Positions 11,611 to 24,377 are shown, counted from the first letter of the stretch. The stretch is DNA of 64,000 bases from Vicugna vicugna (GCA_013265495.1 MU058337.1:1232777-1296776); one strand, 5' to 3'. Notes: a model not told the origin generated them from the letters alone. Numbers and translations: made by a program.

Positions 11611-13309
11611 AATTTCTCGTCTGTTAAACACCAGCAATGTTTTGATACTGAAGTAGCGGGGTGCTCCCCGGGGACGCGCACTGCACCGACCATGGGAACC
11701 GGAACCACACACATTCTGTAAGAAGCCCCCGGGGACCCACATGCACGAGGCTCCTGCTGCGGGTCAGAACAGGCCGGTGCTTGACTCTAGATTGTGTGCT
11801 GACCGTGCAGGTTGCCTCCGGATTGGCTTCTGATGCCCTCAGTCTTTTTGTGATTTAGGTGTATCAATACACCCTGATTTCATAAGAAGAGCCAAGACTA
11901 CATAAAGTCTTGGTAATGTGCACACCCCCCCCCAAAATAAAAAGGTGCGAAGATTTCACAGACTCAAGAACTTTGCTTTATGTTTGCAGACCCAGTTTAA
12001 ATTCATCATTTTAGACTGCCTGCCTGCTCCCACACACCCCTGTTCTCACAGTTGGATTATCTGCACGTTCTCAAACAGGTCCCAGCATTCTCCTCCATAT
12101 ATTTACTTTTCCCCCTTGGGGACCGTGGTTCCCTCCATAAGGGGCCTCAGTCTCTCCTCTGAAGCTCTCATTTGCCAAAATTGTCTTTCTAATTCGAGAT
12201 GAACAGATGGACAGAAAGTATAAGAAAGTTCAAAATGAGAAATATGTAAACCAAATTTTCAAAAACTGGCAAATGACCCCCATAATTTATGTATAAGAAC
12301 AGTCTCCCTCCTTTGCTCCCACGTTTATGTTCCCGACATGTAGAGAGGTGGGGAGAAGGCCAGTGACTTCCAACATTCTCTGCTCTGGGCTGTATTTCAG
12401 ACCAGATTCTCTCTTTAGGTCCTCAGCTTATGAAACATGTAGCTCTGTCAGCACTTAAAAAAAAAATCATAGAGACTAATGTTCCAGCCCACTGGCTCAC
12501 CTGGAGAAAATATTTGGGAGTGCATGCATGGCTCCGTGGAGAATCATTCAGATCTGGATGAAGAGGAAATAAATTCTCCTTTCACCAAAACCTCTGAAAG
12601 GCTTTCCTCTGCTTTTTGAGAACAAATCAAGGTGATATATCCAGATCAGATGACCGAAGGTATAACTTCTTCAAAGTTAGATTTATCATATTGAGTGTAG
12701 CTTGAAATCTAGCATAATGAAAGAGAGAATGGCCCAACTGATGAGGAGTAGTTTTAATAATAACAAAGGCCTGATCATCTATGTTATAAACATATAATTA
12801 TCATGTATCAAGGAAATAGAAGGTTTGAAGGAATATTGAAAGAAATCAAACGATGGTGTTAACAACAACAAGAAGAAATAACTTGGAAGTTATGTAACTC
12901 AGGTTTAAAGCCACATGCACAAACTGGACTATTTCTTAAGTTTTAAATGAAACTGGGGCTGTTCCAGTTCCCATCAGGATGACAAGTCCATGGGGAGCTT
13001 CCAGCTCTCTCTCCAGGGCTTCACCCTGGAGATCCACACACAGGAGAAGCAGCTAATGGATGAGAGAAACTGACATGAAAGCCACGACATCCCTGGGAAG
13101 AGAAAAGGTGGTGTTTCCTGGGGAATGTGGGACAATGACGGCCCAGAACACAAGGTGCCAGGAGTGTGAACTGGGATAGGGTGAGAGAGAGCGTTTTCTT
13201 TGCAATCTTTTCTTTTCTAGTCATAATCCAGGGCAGATGGCTGCTGCCCGTCGAGCTAAAGCTTCCCCAGGGAAGAGCAGTCACCACCACCGCAGACTAA
13301 GAGTAAGGA

Positions 13310-16030
13310 GTAAGGCAGGCATCAGACTTCTCATCAGCAAGGCAGCGTGCCGGGACACAGTGGGGTCATCATCCCCAGTGCTGGTAATAACACTGAAGCA
13401 TCAGTTTTCCCACTTAATTATACCCTCGGTCTTACACATCCACAGAAGTTCTGGTAGACAAGACTCTCTTAAAAGAAACAGCTCAGAGATAAGAAAAAGA
13501 AATATAGGTTCGATGAAATGTATATACTCATAAGTGAGTAAAAGTAAATAACTTACTGTTGTTTGTTGTTTTGGAAAAATGCAAAAACTGACATTTTGAA
13601 ATTGAAGAAAACACCTGGCTTGGTTTGTGTTTTGAATGTGTTCAGTTCTGTTTTGTTTTGTTTTGTTTTATTTAGCGATGAAGATACAGATATTTATAAG
13701 CATAAAAAATTCAATGGAAAAAATATAAACATGGGCCAATTAAAATTATTTTAATATTTAAAATTAGGGGTACTCACCATAAGCATAAAATAAAATGTAT
13801 GATTTTTAATGTAAAAGAAGTAGCTATTGATCTATTTTAAAAAAAACAGAAAAGAAGAAAAGTTAAAATATGTAGTTCAAAAGACACATAAAATAATGTC
13901 ACAATAAATCTGACTACAGAAATATGTAAATTCAATGATCAAGGCATTCTCAGACTTGTAACCTTCAAATGAAACAGATTAAGCCAAATGCTATTTCCAA
14001 GAGACACTGTTAAAACCACAGGATCCAAGAAGTTTGTAAATTAAGGGACTGAGAAAGATATAGCAGAGAAATGTAAGCCATAAGAAAGCCACGTTACTGA
14101 TTTTAATATCACACAAAATAAAAATTCAAGGTAAAAATTCTGTAACTGACATTATGCCAATAAAATAACAGTAGGTCTTAGAATTTTTTATCATAAACGT
14201 TTACTGATCTAACAATACTGCTCACAATATATAAAGGGCCAACTAACAAAACCACAAGAAGAATGAAAGAATTTGAAATATTAGTCAGTCCTGCTCATAG
14301 GGAAAGGAAGGTATATTAAAGTTCTTCGGGATACTGACATTATTTATAAACCCAGTAAAAACCCATATATTTGACAACATATTCTGTTGGTGAGGCCGTG
14401 GGGAGATATGGTCTCATGTACTGTTGGTGGCAATGCAAAGTCAGTCAATACTTTAGGAGAGGAATTTGGCTATATTTAGAAAAGTTCTATCTGAATTAAC
14501 TCTTTGACCCAGCAGTCCTACCTCTTAAAATCTATCTCAAAGATATAGGGACAAAGATACAAAATGAAATTTACACGAGGTACTTTTTTCAGCATTTATT
14601 TCTAAAAGCAAGAGATGAGAAGCAACCCAGACGACCATCCGGAGGAGACTGGCCGGAAGACCGATGCACCGGGAAGCTGGGTTGCACGCCGCCGGCGGTA
14701 AAGGCTACAGGGAAATCTGCAGCCGGACTTGGAGCTCTAGGCTATTTTGTTAAAAAATAAAAATAAAAATAAAAAAGCAGCAGCAGCAGCAAAGAGATAA
14801 CAGTGGTTACTTTACTCAAACTCTTGAGTAAAGAAAGGGGAGGGAAATTTTTTTTTGAAAGAAACAGTATAAAGATAAAAATAAATTAGTTACTCAAAGG
14901 AGAAGGAGAGAAGTACATTTTCTGAGCAAATGAACAGGTAAGTTAAAAGTCTTGTGATATTAAATTTGAATTGGCATTATAAGGACAGTTTTGTGCTGCA
15001 TTTTGCTTTTAAAAACCATCCTTATTTTGCAGACTAGAAGCAATGAGCTTAGAGGCACTTACAGCGCCTAATCTGTGGTCTCCAAAAACAATTTCCATTA
15101 AAGCCTGGGCACACAGAGACATAGCTGATGCCAGGTCTCAAGTAGGAAGTTCATGAAGTCTTTCTGCCATAAACTTCTTGTTCTACCAGCAAGTAAGGAA
15201 GTTAGCAAAGACTAACAGCATCCTATTAAAAGGACACAGGAACTCACCTAAAGGTGCACCCATTGGCCTCACTGGGGGGAGGGAGTAGATTTAAGCATAA
15301 AAAAGAATAACTGTATCAAATAAAATAAGTGGAAACACTTCAAGCATACAAAAGCTCATGGGGTTCTTGATATTAAAATACACACACTGGTCACCACTGG
15401 AGCTTGCTAAGACACCAACCCAGGACTGTGGAAACTGATGAAGGCAAGAAAATCAAACACTCATCCTGAATTTCTTTTATCAACCCTATTTCAGGGTAAG
15501 AAAGTGGTTGCGGAGGAATAGTTCTTCTTTAGGGAAGAACTGCATCTAACACATGCAGAAAGAATAAAAGATTATAAAATCACTGTTTTGCCATTTCTAA
15601 TGAAATAATAAATTTAGGCAACAGTGACCCAAGACCTCTGACTTTAAACTTAGTAAATTAGACGTCAATAACAAAAGAAGAACTAACCAAAATCCCAGAT
15701 ATCCAGAAAACAGATACATGATTACTAACTGAGTGTGGGGTTAAAGAGTAAAATTACCTGGGGGAATTATGGAATATTTAAACTGAACAATAAAATACTA
15801 AATGCCAAAATGTGTTCAACACAGCTAAAACAGCATGTACTTATGATGAATTATTTGGTGAACAAGAAAGTTGGTGAATAAATGAAGTGAGCGTTTAACT
15901 TAAAAAGTTGAAAAAAGACCAGGAGGATAAACTCAAAGAAACAAGATGAAAAGAAATAGTGTAGATATGAAGATAAATCAATGAAATAGAGAATTACAAC
16001 AAAATCAAGAATGATAATGAATTAAGGAAC
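13310..16030 (+). mobile_element. Composite decayed L1 block: older L1M ORF1/ORF2 pieces interrupted by an L1MC-type 3' segment (~14340-15620)
   Basis: catcagacttctcatcagcaa (ORF1-like); aaatgctatttccaagagacac...gaaagatatagcagagaaatgtaagccataagaaagc (ORF2 endonuclease start); tttgacaacatattctgttggtgaggccgtgggg...tttgacccagcagtcctacctct (ORF2 end); ORF2-like sequence resumes at ~15620. Confidence 0.7.
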
Positions 16031-16205
16031 ATAAATCACTCAACTTTCTGCACTTGAAGTCTAAATAAAAAACAAATGCACACGCCAAGTAGACAAACTA
16101 TGTAAAGAAATAAAGTTTAGACCTGGAGATGACCTCCAGATATAATATAGCTAGGAAGTACCCTTCCAATTCTTGTTTTTAACAGTTTCCAGCTCCTTTC
16201 AAATC

Positions 16206-16651
16206 CAGGCATACCTCAGAGATATTGCAGGTTTGGTTTCAAACCACTGCAATAATAAAGCACATTTTGCAATAAAGCAAGTCACATGAATGTGTTGGCT
16301 TCCCAGTGCAAATGAAGTTATATTTATTCTATCCTGTAGTCTATCAAGTGTGCAATGGCATGATGTCTATAAAACAGTGTGAATACCTTAATTAAAAATA
16401 CTTTATTGTTAAAAAAAATACTAACCATCACCTGAGACTTCAACAAGTCATAAGCTTTTTGCTGGTGGAGGGTTTGAAATATTGCAAGAATTACCAAAAT
16501 GTGATACAGAGACACGACGTGAGCAAATGCCGTTGGCAAAGTGAGCCTGGTAGACTTGCTAGAGGCGGGGCTGCCATGAACCTTCAACTTGTAAAAAAGT
16601 CAATATCCACAAGCACAATAAAGCGACTTGCAGCAAAACGTGGTGTGACTG
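16206..16651 (-). mobile_element. Internally deleted Tigger1 derivative (Tigger1a-like, TcMar)
   Basis: Begins caggcatacctcagagatattgcaggtttggtttcaaaccactgcaata (Tigger1 terminus); ends in a degenerate TIR (aaaacgtggtgtgactg) after Tigger1 other-end sequence. Confidence 0.85.
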
Positions 16652-17309
16652 TGTAGTGAATGCTGTGAGTGAGAGGAACTGAAAAGTCGGAAGAAACTGT
16701 CCCACAGACTGCCCTCACTTCAGGTATCAGCTGCAGGTTCTCGGACCACCTCCACTTGACCAGCTGACTACGAACTGAAGGGTCTTCGTATCCACTCTGA
16801 GGTTCAGCGCTTCATTGGAAGGACTCACAGACCTCAATGAAGGCTCTTATACTCACGGTCAATTGTAACAGGCAGACACAAATGAGAACCAGGCAAAGAA
16901 AAGGATGCCTAAGGTGGGGTCAGGATGCATCGACATCCCGGCGTCCACGTGGATGAGGCACAGGTGTCACCACCCGGGGAAGCTCACCCAGAGCTGTGGT
17001 GTCCAGGGGTTCCACCAGGGTGCAACCACATCCTGCCTGTGCCGCTGACCTATATTCTCCAGCCTGTCCTGGAGGTTTGAACTTAATATCTTTTTTTCTC
17101 TGACGTCTCCAGAGGTTGAAATTAACACTGAATACACCCCACCAAACCCCACCGTAAGTCAAATTGTTAGACTATCCAATGGTCAAAATCCCAGGCCAAC
17201 AAAGACACTCCATCAAGGCAGGGCATTCCAGGAGGCTGGAGATCACCTCCCAGCAGCCAGGGGCAAAGGCCAGACCCCTCTTTAGGGATAGTTCATTCTT
17301 CACTACACA
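16652..17309 (-). mobile_element. MER21-family LTR
   Basis: Reverse complement of the right end, tgtgtagtgaagaatgaactatccctaaagaggggtctggcctttgcccctggctgctgggaggtgatctcc, matches the recalled MER21B/C 5' end; ggactcacagacctca...ttatactcacggt is also MER21-like. Confidence 0.75.
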
Positions 17310-17310
17310 C

Positions 17311-17540
17311 TGAATACAAATTTGGGGGAGTCAGACAGAGAATCCATTTTTTAAAAGCCTTCTGGGTAATCCTGATAAACCAGATTTGGAAACTGCTGAT
17401 GTAGCTTAAAATTGTAGGGTGAAAAAAACTCTATTTGTAGATGAAAAATCTGAAGACCCAAGAAATGAAATGCCTCATTGTGGTGATAACCACACAGACA
17501 GTAAAAAGGGAGCCACGTCTAGAACTTGGGGAACGTGACT
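17311..17540. mobile_element. MER5-like fragment followed by an antisense MIR fragment
   Basis: aatccattttttaaaagccttctgggtaatcctgat...tttggaaactgctg, then tttgtagatgaaaaatctgaagacccaaga. Confidence 0.5.
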
Positions 17541-18061
17541 GAGCTGTCGGGGCCTGGGTTACTACAGGCACCCTCTCACCAGCCCTCAGGCATTGTCTGC
17601 CGAATGAGCCCGCTTTGCCTACGTACCTATAAACATGTTCTCATGTTGTTGCCATTAACAAACTGAATTCCTGGGAAAGCACTGTGGAGCTCTTCACAGC
17701 CTTGTAATTCAGAAAGTGGTAAAGGAGATTTCAAGCCACGCTCTGCAGAGAGGACTCAGGAATGACTCACTCAGTACCATCTAGCCATTACACAGACAAA
17801 CTCAACCCTGTCCTTACCAATCCCCCGGTGCCAAATTTAATTTCCCCAAAGTCAAGTCTTAGCAAATGTGGCAGGGCTACTGCCAATTTGATAAAACAAA
17901 ATGGAAGGAAATTCCTGTGGTCCAACTGCTTTTTAAATAATTAATCATTCACTCAACTTCACCTGTGTTTCACGTGTGCACGAGTCCCATACACTCATCT
18001 GCAACGCAGAGAGATTATCGTCTCTACTCAACCACCCGCTACCTATCCTTGCTGTTTTCAG

Positions 18062-18107
18062 TTGTGCCTCACAGTCGTACTCGGTGTCGCTGAAATATGA
18101 GAATCAG
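18062..18107 (+). ncRNA. Candidate internal exon (46 nt) of a non-coding transcript or 5'UTR
   Basis: Acceptor cctatccttgctgttttcag| and donor CAG|GTAAGA; three CpGs retained; no transcript evidence. Confidence 0.3.
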
Positions 18108-19444
18108 GTAAGAACCTATTTCTTATTCCTGCTTTTTCATGTTACTTAGCCTTGCTGCATAAATGTTATTTTTCCCTTTAATAATTTAAGTAAGTCGTTC
18201 TACTCAGAATTGATTACTAATTGATGACATTTCTGTGATTGCTGACATGGAATTAATGATATGGATATAACCTATGCCAAACAATTGTTACCCAAAAAGT
18301 AGGTAAGCAGAATCTAAATGACACTCAACTGACAAACAGTCGCTGTGGAAGGATGAGTTGAATTCCGATCTTAGTGAATCTAACCCCTGTCCCATTCACC
18401 AAGCTGGTGTTGCTCCTCATTATCCGTGCTCTCTGCTCTCAGTCACGAGACATTCCAAGGGCTTGTACAGTCCAAACATTCTGGGAGGGTCCTCTGATCA
18501 TCCGCTGAGCCTGGTCACTACTGAGGGGCTCATTGTCCAGTGCAGCAGGATTCCTTGGTGGTTGCTTGGGGCCAATCCTGAGCTCTGGGTGTTTGGCCAA
18601 GGCTCGGTGGTAGGGGCATCCTCTTGAGATGCCCAAGACATCGATTCTCTTCCAGATCTTCCCCCTTCCCTACATCCTATGTGGGTGGGGAGCGGTGGTC
18701 CAAGGGAGCTCACCCTTCCGGTCCTGCACCTCTCTCATCTGCCTTTGTGTTCATTGTCCTTCATGCGAGGACAGGATCTCCTTCCCCAACCTGTCTGGCA
18801 GAGACCCGCATCATCCTCTCCACACACTTAAGTTTTAAAATATAAACCTAGGATCAAGGCGTCCTCAGGTGACTTCTGCTTCAGCTTCCATGACAGAAAC
18901 ACTGGATGAGGCTTGCTCATTGGAGGTGGGAAAATCACAGAGAAACGGTGCAAATTAATATCTTATTAAGTCACCATGTGACACATCAGTGCACAAGAAA
19001 AGGATGGTTTGCTGTGGTCTTGTGAAGTGACAGTAGCAGAAAGAATCTGGAAACAAAATGAGGGGAAAGCTTCTGGTTGGTGTGTCTACCTGGAGAAGGG
19101 ATCGGTCCAGGTCCTCAGTCCACAGATCACTTTGCATCACTTTCTTTTATTCTTTGATAGAGAAAGGTTGAAGATGTGTGCCTACAGCCACTGATTTCAA
19201 TGTGCTTGGTGTACAGGTTGAGAGAATATTCACAATAGCTACAGGGATTGAACAAGTACAAATTATTAGTTGAGGTTATGAAACTTCCGCTAAAAATGTA
19301 GCATGGCTACATAAAAAGAACCAGTGTGCTCTTCTCTTTGAAGTCATAGGAAACCGTAACGATCCTGTGTGCTGGGCCGATATTTATAAATGCCTGTCAT
19401 TTAGGTCATTTGTCATCATGCTGGCTAAACTGTCCTCAAACTTT

Positions 19445-19762
19445 GAAGGGTCAGCACATTGTACCTCAGGGAACAAATCTGGCCCGTCACCAGGGCTAAG
19501 GGTTTTTACAGTTTTTAATTGTTTAAAAAAAAATTAAAGCAAGAAAAGTATTTCGTGATGTGAACATTTATGGAATTCAAATTCTGACGTACATGAATAA
19601 ATTTTTGTAGGAGTGCAGCCGTGCACAGTGATTTATATAGTGTCTATAACCTTTTTCCTGTTACAATGACAGAGTTGAGTAGTTGCAGCAGAGAAAGTGT
19701 AATTCACAAAGCCTAAAATACTCACTGGCTCGTCCTTTACAGAAAAGGATCGCCTGCTCCTG
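19445..19762. mobile_element. MER58(B)-like hAT-Charlie element
   Basis: caaatctggcccg ... acaatgacagagttgagtagttgcagcagaga...cacaaagcctaaaatactcactggctcgtcctttacagaaaaggatcgcctgctcctg. Confidence 0.8.
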
Positions 19763-19804
19763 CATTAGCACGTGCTCGTGCATGGGGGCAGGAAGGGGAG
19801 GTTT

Positions 19805-19947
19805 TTTTAAAAAAATGCATGTTCCCTGGTTCCATTGCAGGGGTTCTGGCTGTGTAAATCTGTGTTGAAGACCAGGAATCTGAATTTTTAATAAGCATCC
19901 TGGTGATACTGTAGTAATAAGCCCTATACACTGTGAGAAACATTTTA
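19805..19947. mobile_element. MER5A-like hAT-Charlie element
   Basis: aaaatgcatgttccctgg...ccaggaatctgaatttttaataagcatcctggtgatac...tgagaaaca. Confidence 0.7.
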
Positions 19948-21182
19948 AAATCCGCATGTGAATATATATCATATATACATACATATATATGTATATTTGC
20001 CTCCTGGGCAAATAAATATTCCTTATCTCTCTAGGCTGTTAAGAGGAATAAGTAAATAATAAACTATAAATAGATGTTAAAAATAGGTAAATATTCCTAT
20101 TTGCTAAGCCTCGGGACGCCTTTGAACCTCTTTAAAAAATAAATTTACTTCCTACATACACTTGGGGAGAAAAGAAATCATTCTTTTCAAATAACATTTG
20201 TCAGAAATAATAATCCTCTCCTTCCCCAGTCTAGCTCAAATTTAAATGTTTGAACAAAAAGAACATACCTAAGAATAAGATACGAGGGGAGAGAAATATT
20301 TCCATAACAATGTGTGTAGGGACTAACCCTGCCCAGGAGACAGGCAAGGCAGGAAATGCTGTCTGTAAGGATACAAGACGCTTTCTGTTTCAAGTCTCAA
20401 TTTTAAGATACTTTTAGGTTTTCACAATTTTTCTTCTAGGATAAAATTTCTGAGATTATGCCTGTGAATGTGGAGGAGATATATAGTTACCAGGAAATGG
20501 TTCTTTATCTGTTTCTGAACAGATAATGGGTGATGTGTGTAGAGTACGTATTCACCAACGGAAAGAAAAAAGGACTTGAAATGTCAGATCTGAAACTCCT
20601 AAATTCAACCTGCAAGTAGGTCTCAGTACCTTTACGCTACGTTTGGAGAAAGTTTTAATGAAACAAACATGATAAACTTAAAGGACAGTGATGGATCGTG
20701 ATCCAATCAGTTGGGTTGCGTTTGCCCACTGACGGCCCGTCGCGGTTATTAAGGGCTTCCATCCTAACCCCCTCAGAATGTTTTCATTGCTTGGTTCTCG
20801 GTGCAGAGATCGAGTCGTTATGGAGCGTGGTCTAGTCCAGTTCCTCTCAGGAACCAGCCCTCCCCAGGCTCAGCGTCTGTACAGTGGGAACGTCTGGCCA
20901 CGCGAAAATGTGTCTGAAGGCTGCTTGCTGGCCTCTCACTCGGCTTCCCTGACCACCGCACTTGCTGCCTGCTTACCCCTTCACCTCCACGTGGATCGGC
21001 CTCCTCTGGCCCTATCCTTCCTGTCCCCTCTTGGCTCTGTTCTACTCCCCCCTGAAGTCCGACTATTCAGAAGAAGTTCTCGTGACACCATCCATCTTGG
21101 CTGCGCCAGAGCTCCCGATGCCCTTCTCACCAGACACGCCCACAGCGCTTCTCAGCCTCCCAACTTATGCACTTGGTTTTGG

Positions 21183-21705
21183 GTTTTTTAACTGAAGTAT
21201 AGTTGATTTACGTTGTTGTGTTATTTCTGGCGTGTGGCACAGGATTCATTTACACACGTGTATGTGTATATATGACTAGTCAGATTCTTTTTCATTACAG
21301 CCCATTACAAGATATTGAATATAGCTCCCTGTGCTGTACAGTGGGACCTTGTTTATCTATTTCATATATCTGCAAATCCCAAACTCCCAATTTATCCCTC
21401 CCTACCCCCACTCCCCCTGGTAACCATAAGTTTTTTCTGTGTCTTTGAGCCTGTCTCTGTTTTGTAAATAAATTCATTTGTGTCCTTTTTTTTAGATTCC
21501 ACATATAAGTGATATCATGTGGTAATTTTTCTTTCTCCTTCTGGCTTACTTAGTCCATCCATGTTGCTGCAAATGGCATTATTTTATTCCTTTTATGGTT
21601 GAATAGTATTCCATTCCATTATATATATATATATTCACACACATACGTACATATACCACAATTTCTTTATCCAGTCGTCTGTTGACGTACATTTAGGATG
21701 CTTAG
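21183..21705 (-). mobile_element. 5'-truncated artiodactyl-type L1 3' end
   Basis: ttttttaactgaagtatagttgatttac...ttacaagatattgaatatagctccctgtgctgtacagtgggacc...tagattccacatataagtgatatcat...catgttgctgcaaatggcatt. Confidence 0.9.
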
Positions 21706-22384
21706 CTCATGTACTAGCAAAGGCAGAGAAGCATGAGCGCACACCCTCAGGAGGTACAGGGCAAGCCCCAGCCAGCCTGCAAGTGCCTTCACACTCCCAT
21801 TCAGGCTCGTGGAGACTGACTATCTGACTGGGACCTGTGGAGGTCGGGTACCATTCTGCATTCGTACCTGAAGGCTCTAGGGCAGCCTGACATCCAATCC
21901 AATGCAATAATGGAAACAGTGCCTCTCATATGTCTAAGCCCCTTAGTTTTCTCCACAGCATCTGGGTAGATAAGAAGGAGGAAGCTGAACACTGATGAGC
22001 TCTTGGTGAAGGAGAAGAGCCAGGGTCCTTGGGCTGGAGTCCTTGCCTCCTCTGGCCTCAGAGCATGTCCATGTCCACCTGGCTGAGCTGCAGTCGTTTA
22101 GCATGAGATCTGGTCTCTCGCAGAGGAACTAAATCTTCACCTTGTCTGAGTAACTAAATCTTACCGTGGCTCTCCCTGACGTCACGATGCCCTGCCTCGG
22201 CCCCCTCTTGTCAAGAAGTCCTCCCAGTCTTGGCCGAGGGGTGAGCTCATCTCTTCACGCCGGTGCCTCTGGCAGGGTCCAGTTGTCTTCTGGGTCCTCC
22301 ATGAGGGAATCGTGGCCACATAATTTCCCATCTTTGCCACACAGAAACCAAAACTGACACAGCAAATCTCAATTTCAAAGATAT

Positions 22385-22822
22385 CTTCATAGGCTGAATT
22401 GTACACCACCCGCCCCAAAAAAAGATATGTTGGAGTCTGAACTCCCATGCCTCGGGGCCTATTGGCAATAGCGTTGCTGCAGATAGAATTAGCTGAGCTA
22501 AGACGAGGTCATATTCTAGAGGAGGGCGGGCCTTAATCAGATATGGCTGGTGTTCTTATAAAAAGAGGACAGAGACACAGAGAGAAGGCTATGTGACAGT
22601 GGAGGCACCTAAAAGCCAAAGACCTCCAAGGATTGTTGGCAAACACCAGAAGCTAGAAGAGGCAAGGGAAGGTTAACTCTTACAGGTTCCAGAGGGAGCG
22701 CGTCCCCCAAGTGCCTTTATTTCAGACTTCTAGACTGCAGAACTGTGAGACCATCAATTCCTATCGTTTTAAGCCGCCCCGTTTGTGGCACGTAGTTACG
22801 CCAGCCCCGTCCAACTCATGGC
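22385..22822 (+). mobile_element. MLT1 (MLT1B/C-like) MaLR solo LTR
   Basis: ggctgaattgt...aagatatgttggagtc...taagacgaggtcata...caccagaagctagaagaggcaagg...ttcagacttctagactgcagaactgtgaga...ttttaagccgccccgtttgtggca. Confidence 0.85.
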
Positions 22823-23864
22823 AGTCTTTCTGCAGTAACGGTTATTCTGATGGGGGTGATCCTCACACTGGTGCCCCGAAGACCTACAAGAACCTGAGCC
22901 CCAAACCAGGAAGGGAGCAGCAGTCCCTTTCCTTTTAAGCTCCTTCTTACCCAGCTGACCTGAGTTCTCTCTCTGATCTGAAATCTTAAAGGAGGAGGCC
23001 AGGGCACGTGATCTGGTCCCTTCACCCTCCTCCCTGACCCCTCCTTCCACAAATCGCGGGTCCCAGGAGGGTGGGCTGCCTGGCCCCCCCGGGCCGGGGC
23101 TTCTCTCCCACAGCAACGCCTGACGTTGTCAAAACTCGCTTGTCCTGACTAGAGAGGACTCTTCTTCACACCACAGGGCACCTTAAACATCGTTTTCAAG
23201 CCTAACACTTGATAAGCTAGTTGGGATCTTAAGAATTTCAGAGATAAGGGACAGTCCCCGGAAGAAAAGTGTCCCCAGAAATAGATTGCTAATCTATGAG
23301 CAGGAGAGCATTTGGCCTCTATGACAATGCCCACACACGGCTATGACCCACGGGGGTCGTGGCCAGTGACGCTGGACTGAAGAGGGGTATGCGGTTTCTG
23401 TTTCAGCTCTGACGTTACCCCGACACTTTCAGTCGTCTGTTACACGGCAGCCCCTGTGGGCTTTGGAGGACAGGACAGTGGGGTCTCTGCTCTTGGCACA
23501 CGTGAGTGGGACAAACTGCCTTGAGAGGTTTGCAAAAGCCCGGAGAAGCAGTGGTGGGTGGCAGAGGGCCAATGCAGAGAATCGTGGGAGGAAAGCTTGG
23601 GTAAAGCCAACTGAGGAGGCCGGAGGCAAGCTCTGCGACCCTCGGAGTCCTGGGCCAGGGTAGGGAGGGCGGAGATTGACGTCTCCACCCCTACTGGGGC
23701 TCTGGGTTTTCATTTTGCATTGAGATCCCACAAACGATGGAGCTGGCCTTGCTCAGACTGGAGTTAAAGCTTATTGTATTCACTCTCCATTTCCAAAAAA
23801 CCAGGAGGTGGATGGTGAGAGCGACGTAGGATTGAGGACTGCTGTCGGGGGAGTGAGGAGACCT

Positions 23865-24030
23865 GGGAGTCTGGCGGAGCAGGGCCCAGGCCGAGGATGA
23901 TGACGCAGTGGGCGGAGGGGCCAGGAGACGGCGCTGCGGAAATTTTCCTGAACACGTCAGATTTGGAATCAGCTTTCGGGAGATAACAGTAGCGTTTTCT
24001 GTTTTCAGATGTGAAAGTTATTATCTCTGT
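23865..24030. promoter_or_regulatory. Small CpG-rich promoter/enhancer-like patch
   Basis: GGGCGGAG 23910-23917, TGACGCA 23901-23907, ACGTCA 23954-23959, GGAAATTTTCC 23938-23948, AGATAA 23981-23986, TTATCT 24021-24026. Confidence 0.4.
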
Positions 24031-24067
24031 TACTGATTAGGTACTCAGATCCCTTAACGCACTACAG
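24009..24067 (+). ncRNA. Candidate exon (59 nt if internal; could instead be the end of a first exon)
   Basis: Acceptor gcgttttctgttttcag| and consensus donor CAG|GTGAGT. Confidence 0.3.
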
Positions 24068-24332
24068 GTGAGTAAACAGGTAAAGACGCCATCCACTTTT
24101 CATCAACGACGTCTCAGGAATAATTGTTTACATACTTAGAGAGGACCTAAGAAATGGGTGGGCGGTCTCCATTGCCTTGAACAAAAACCCACTGTCCTTT
24201 CCCCTAGCTTTTCTAAACATACAAGACTTCTATTACTGGAGAACCTAAGGGCAAAATCAGAAAATGCCAGAATGAGACTTCTTGTTTCAGTGTTGAGAAC
24301 CAACATGCGTATACTGATTGTTCTAACCACGG

Positions 24333-24377
24333 GTGTGTGCGTGTGCGTGTGCGTGTGCGTGTGTGTGTGCGTGTGTG
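24333..24377. repeat. (GT/GC) alternating purine-pyrimidine microsatellite
   Basis: gtgtgtgcgtgtgcgtgtgcgtgtgcgtgtgtgtgtgcgtgtgtg. Confidence 0.9.
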
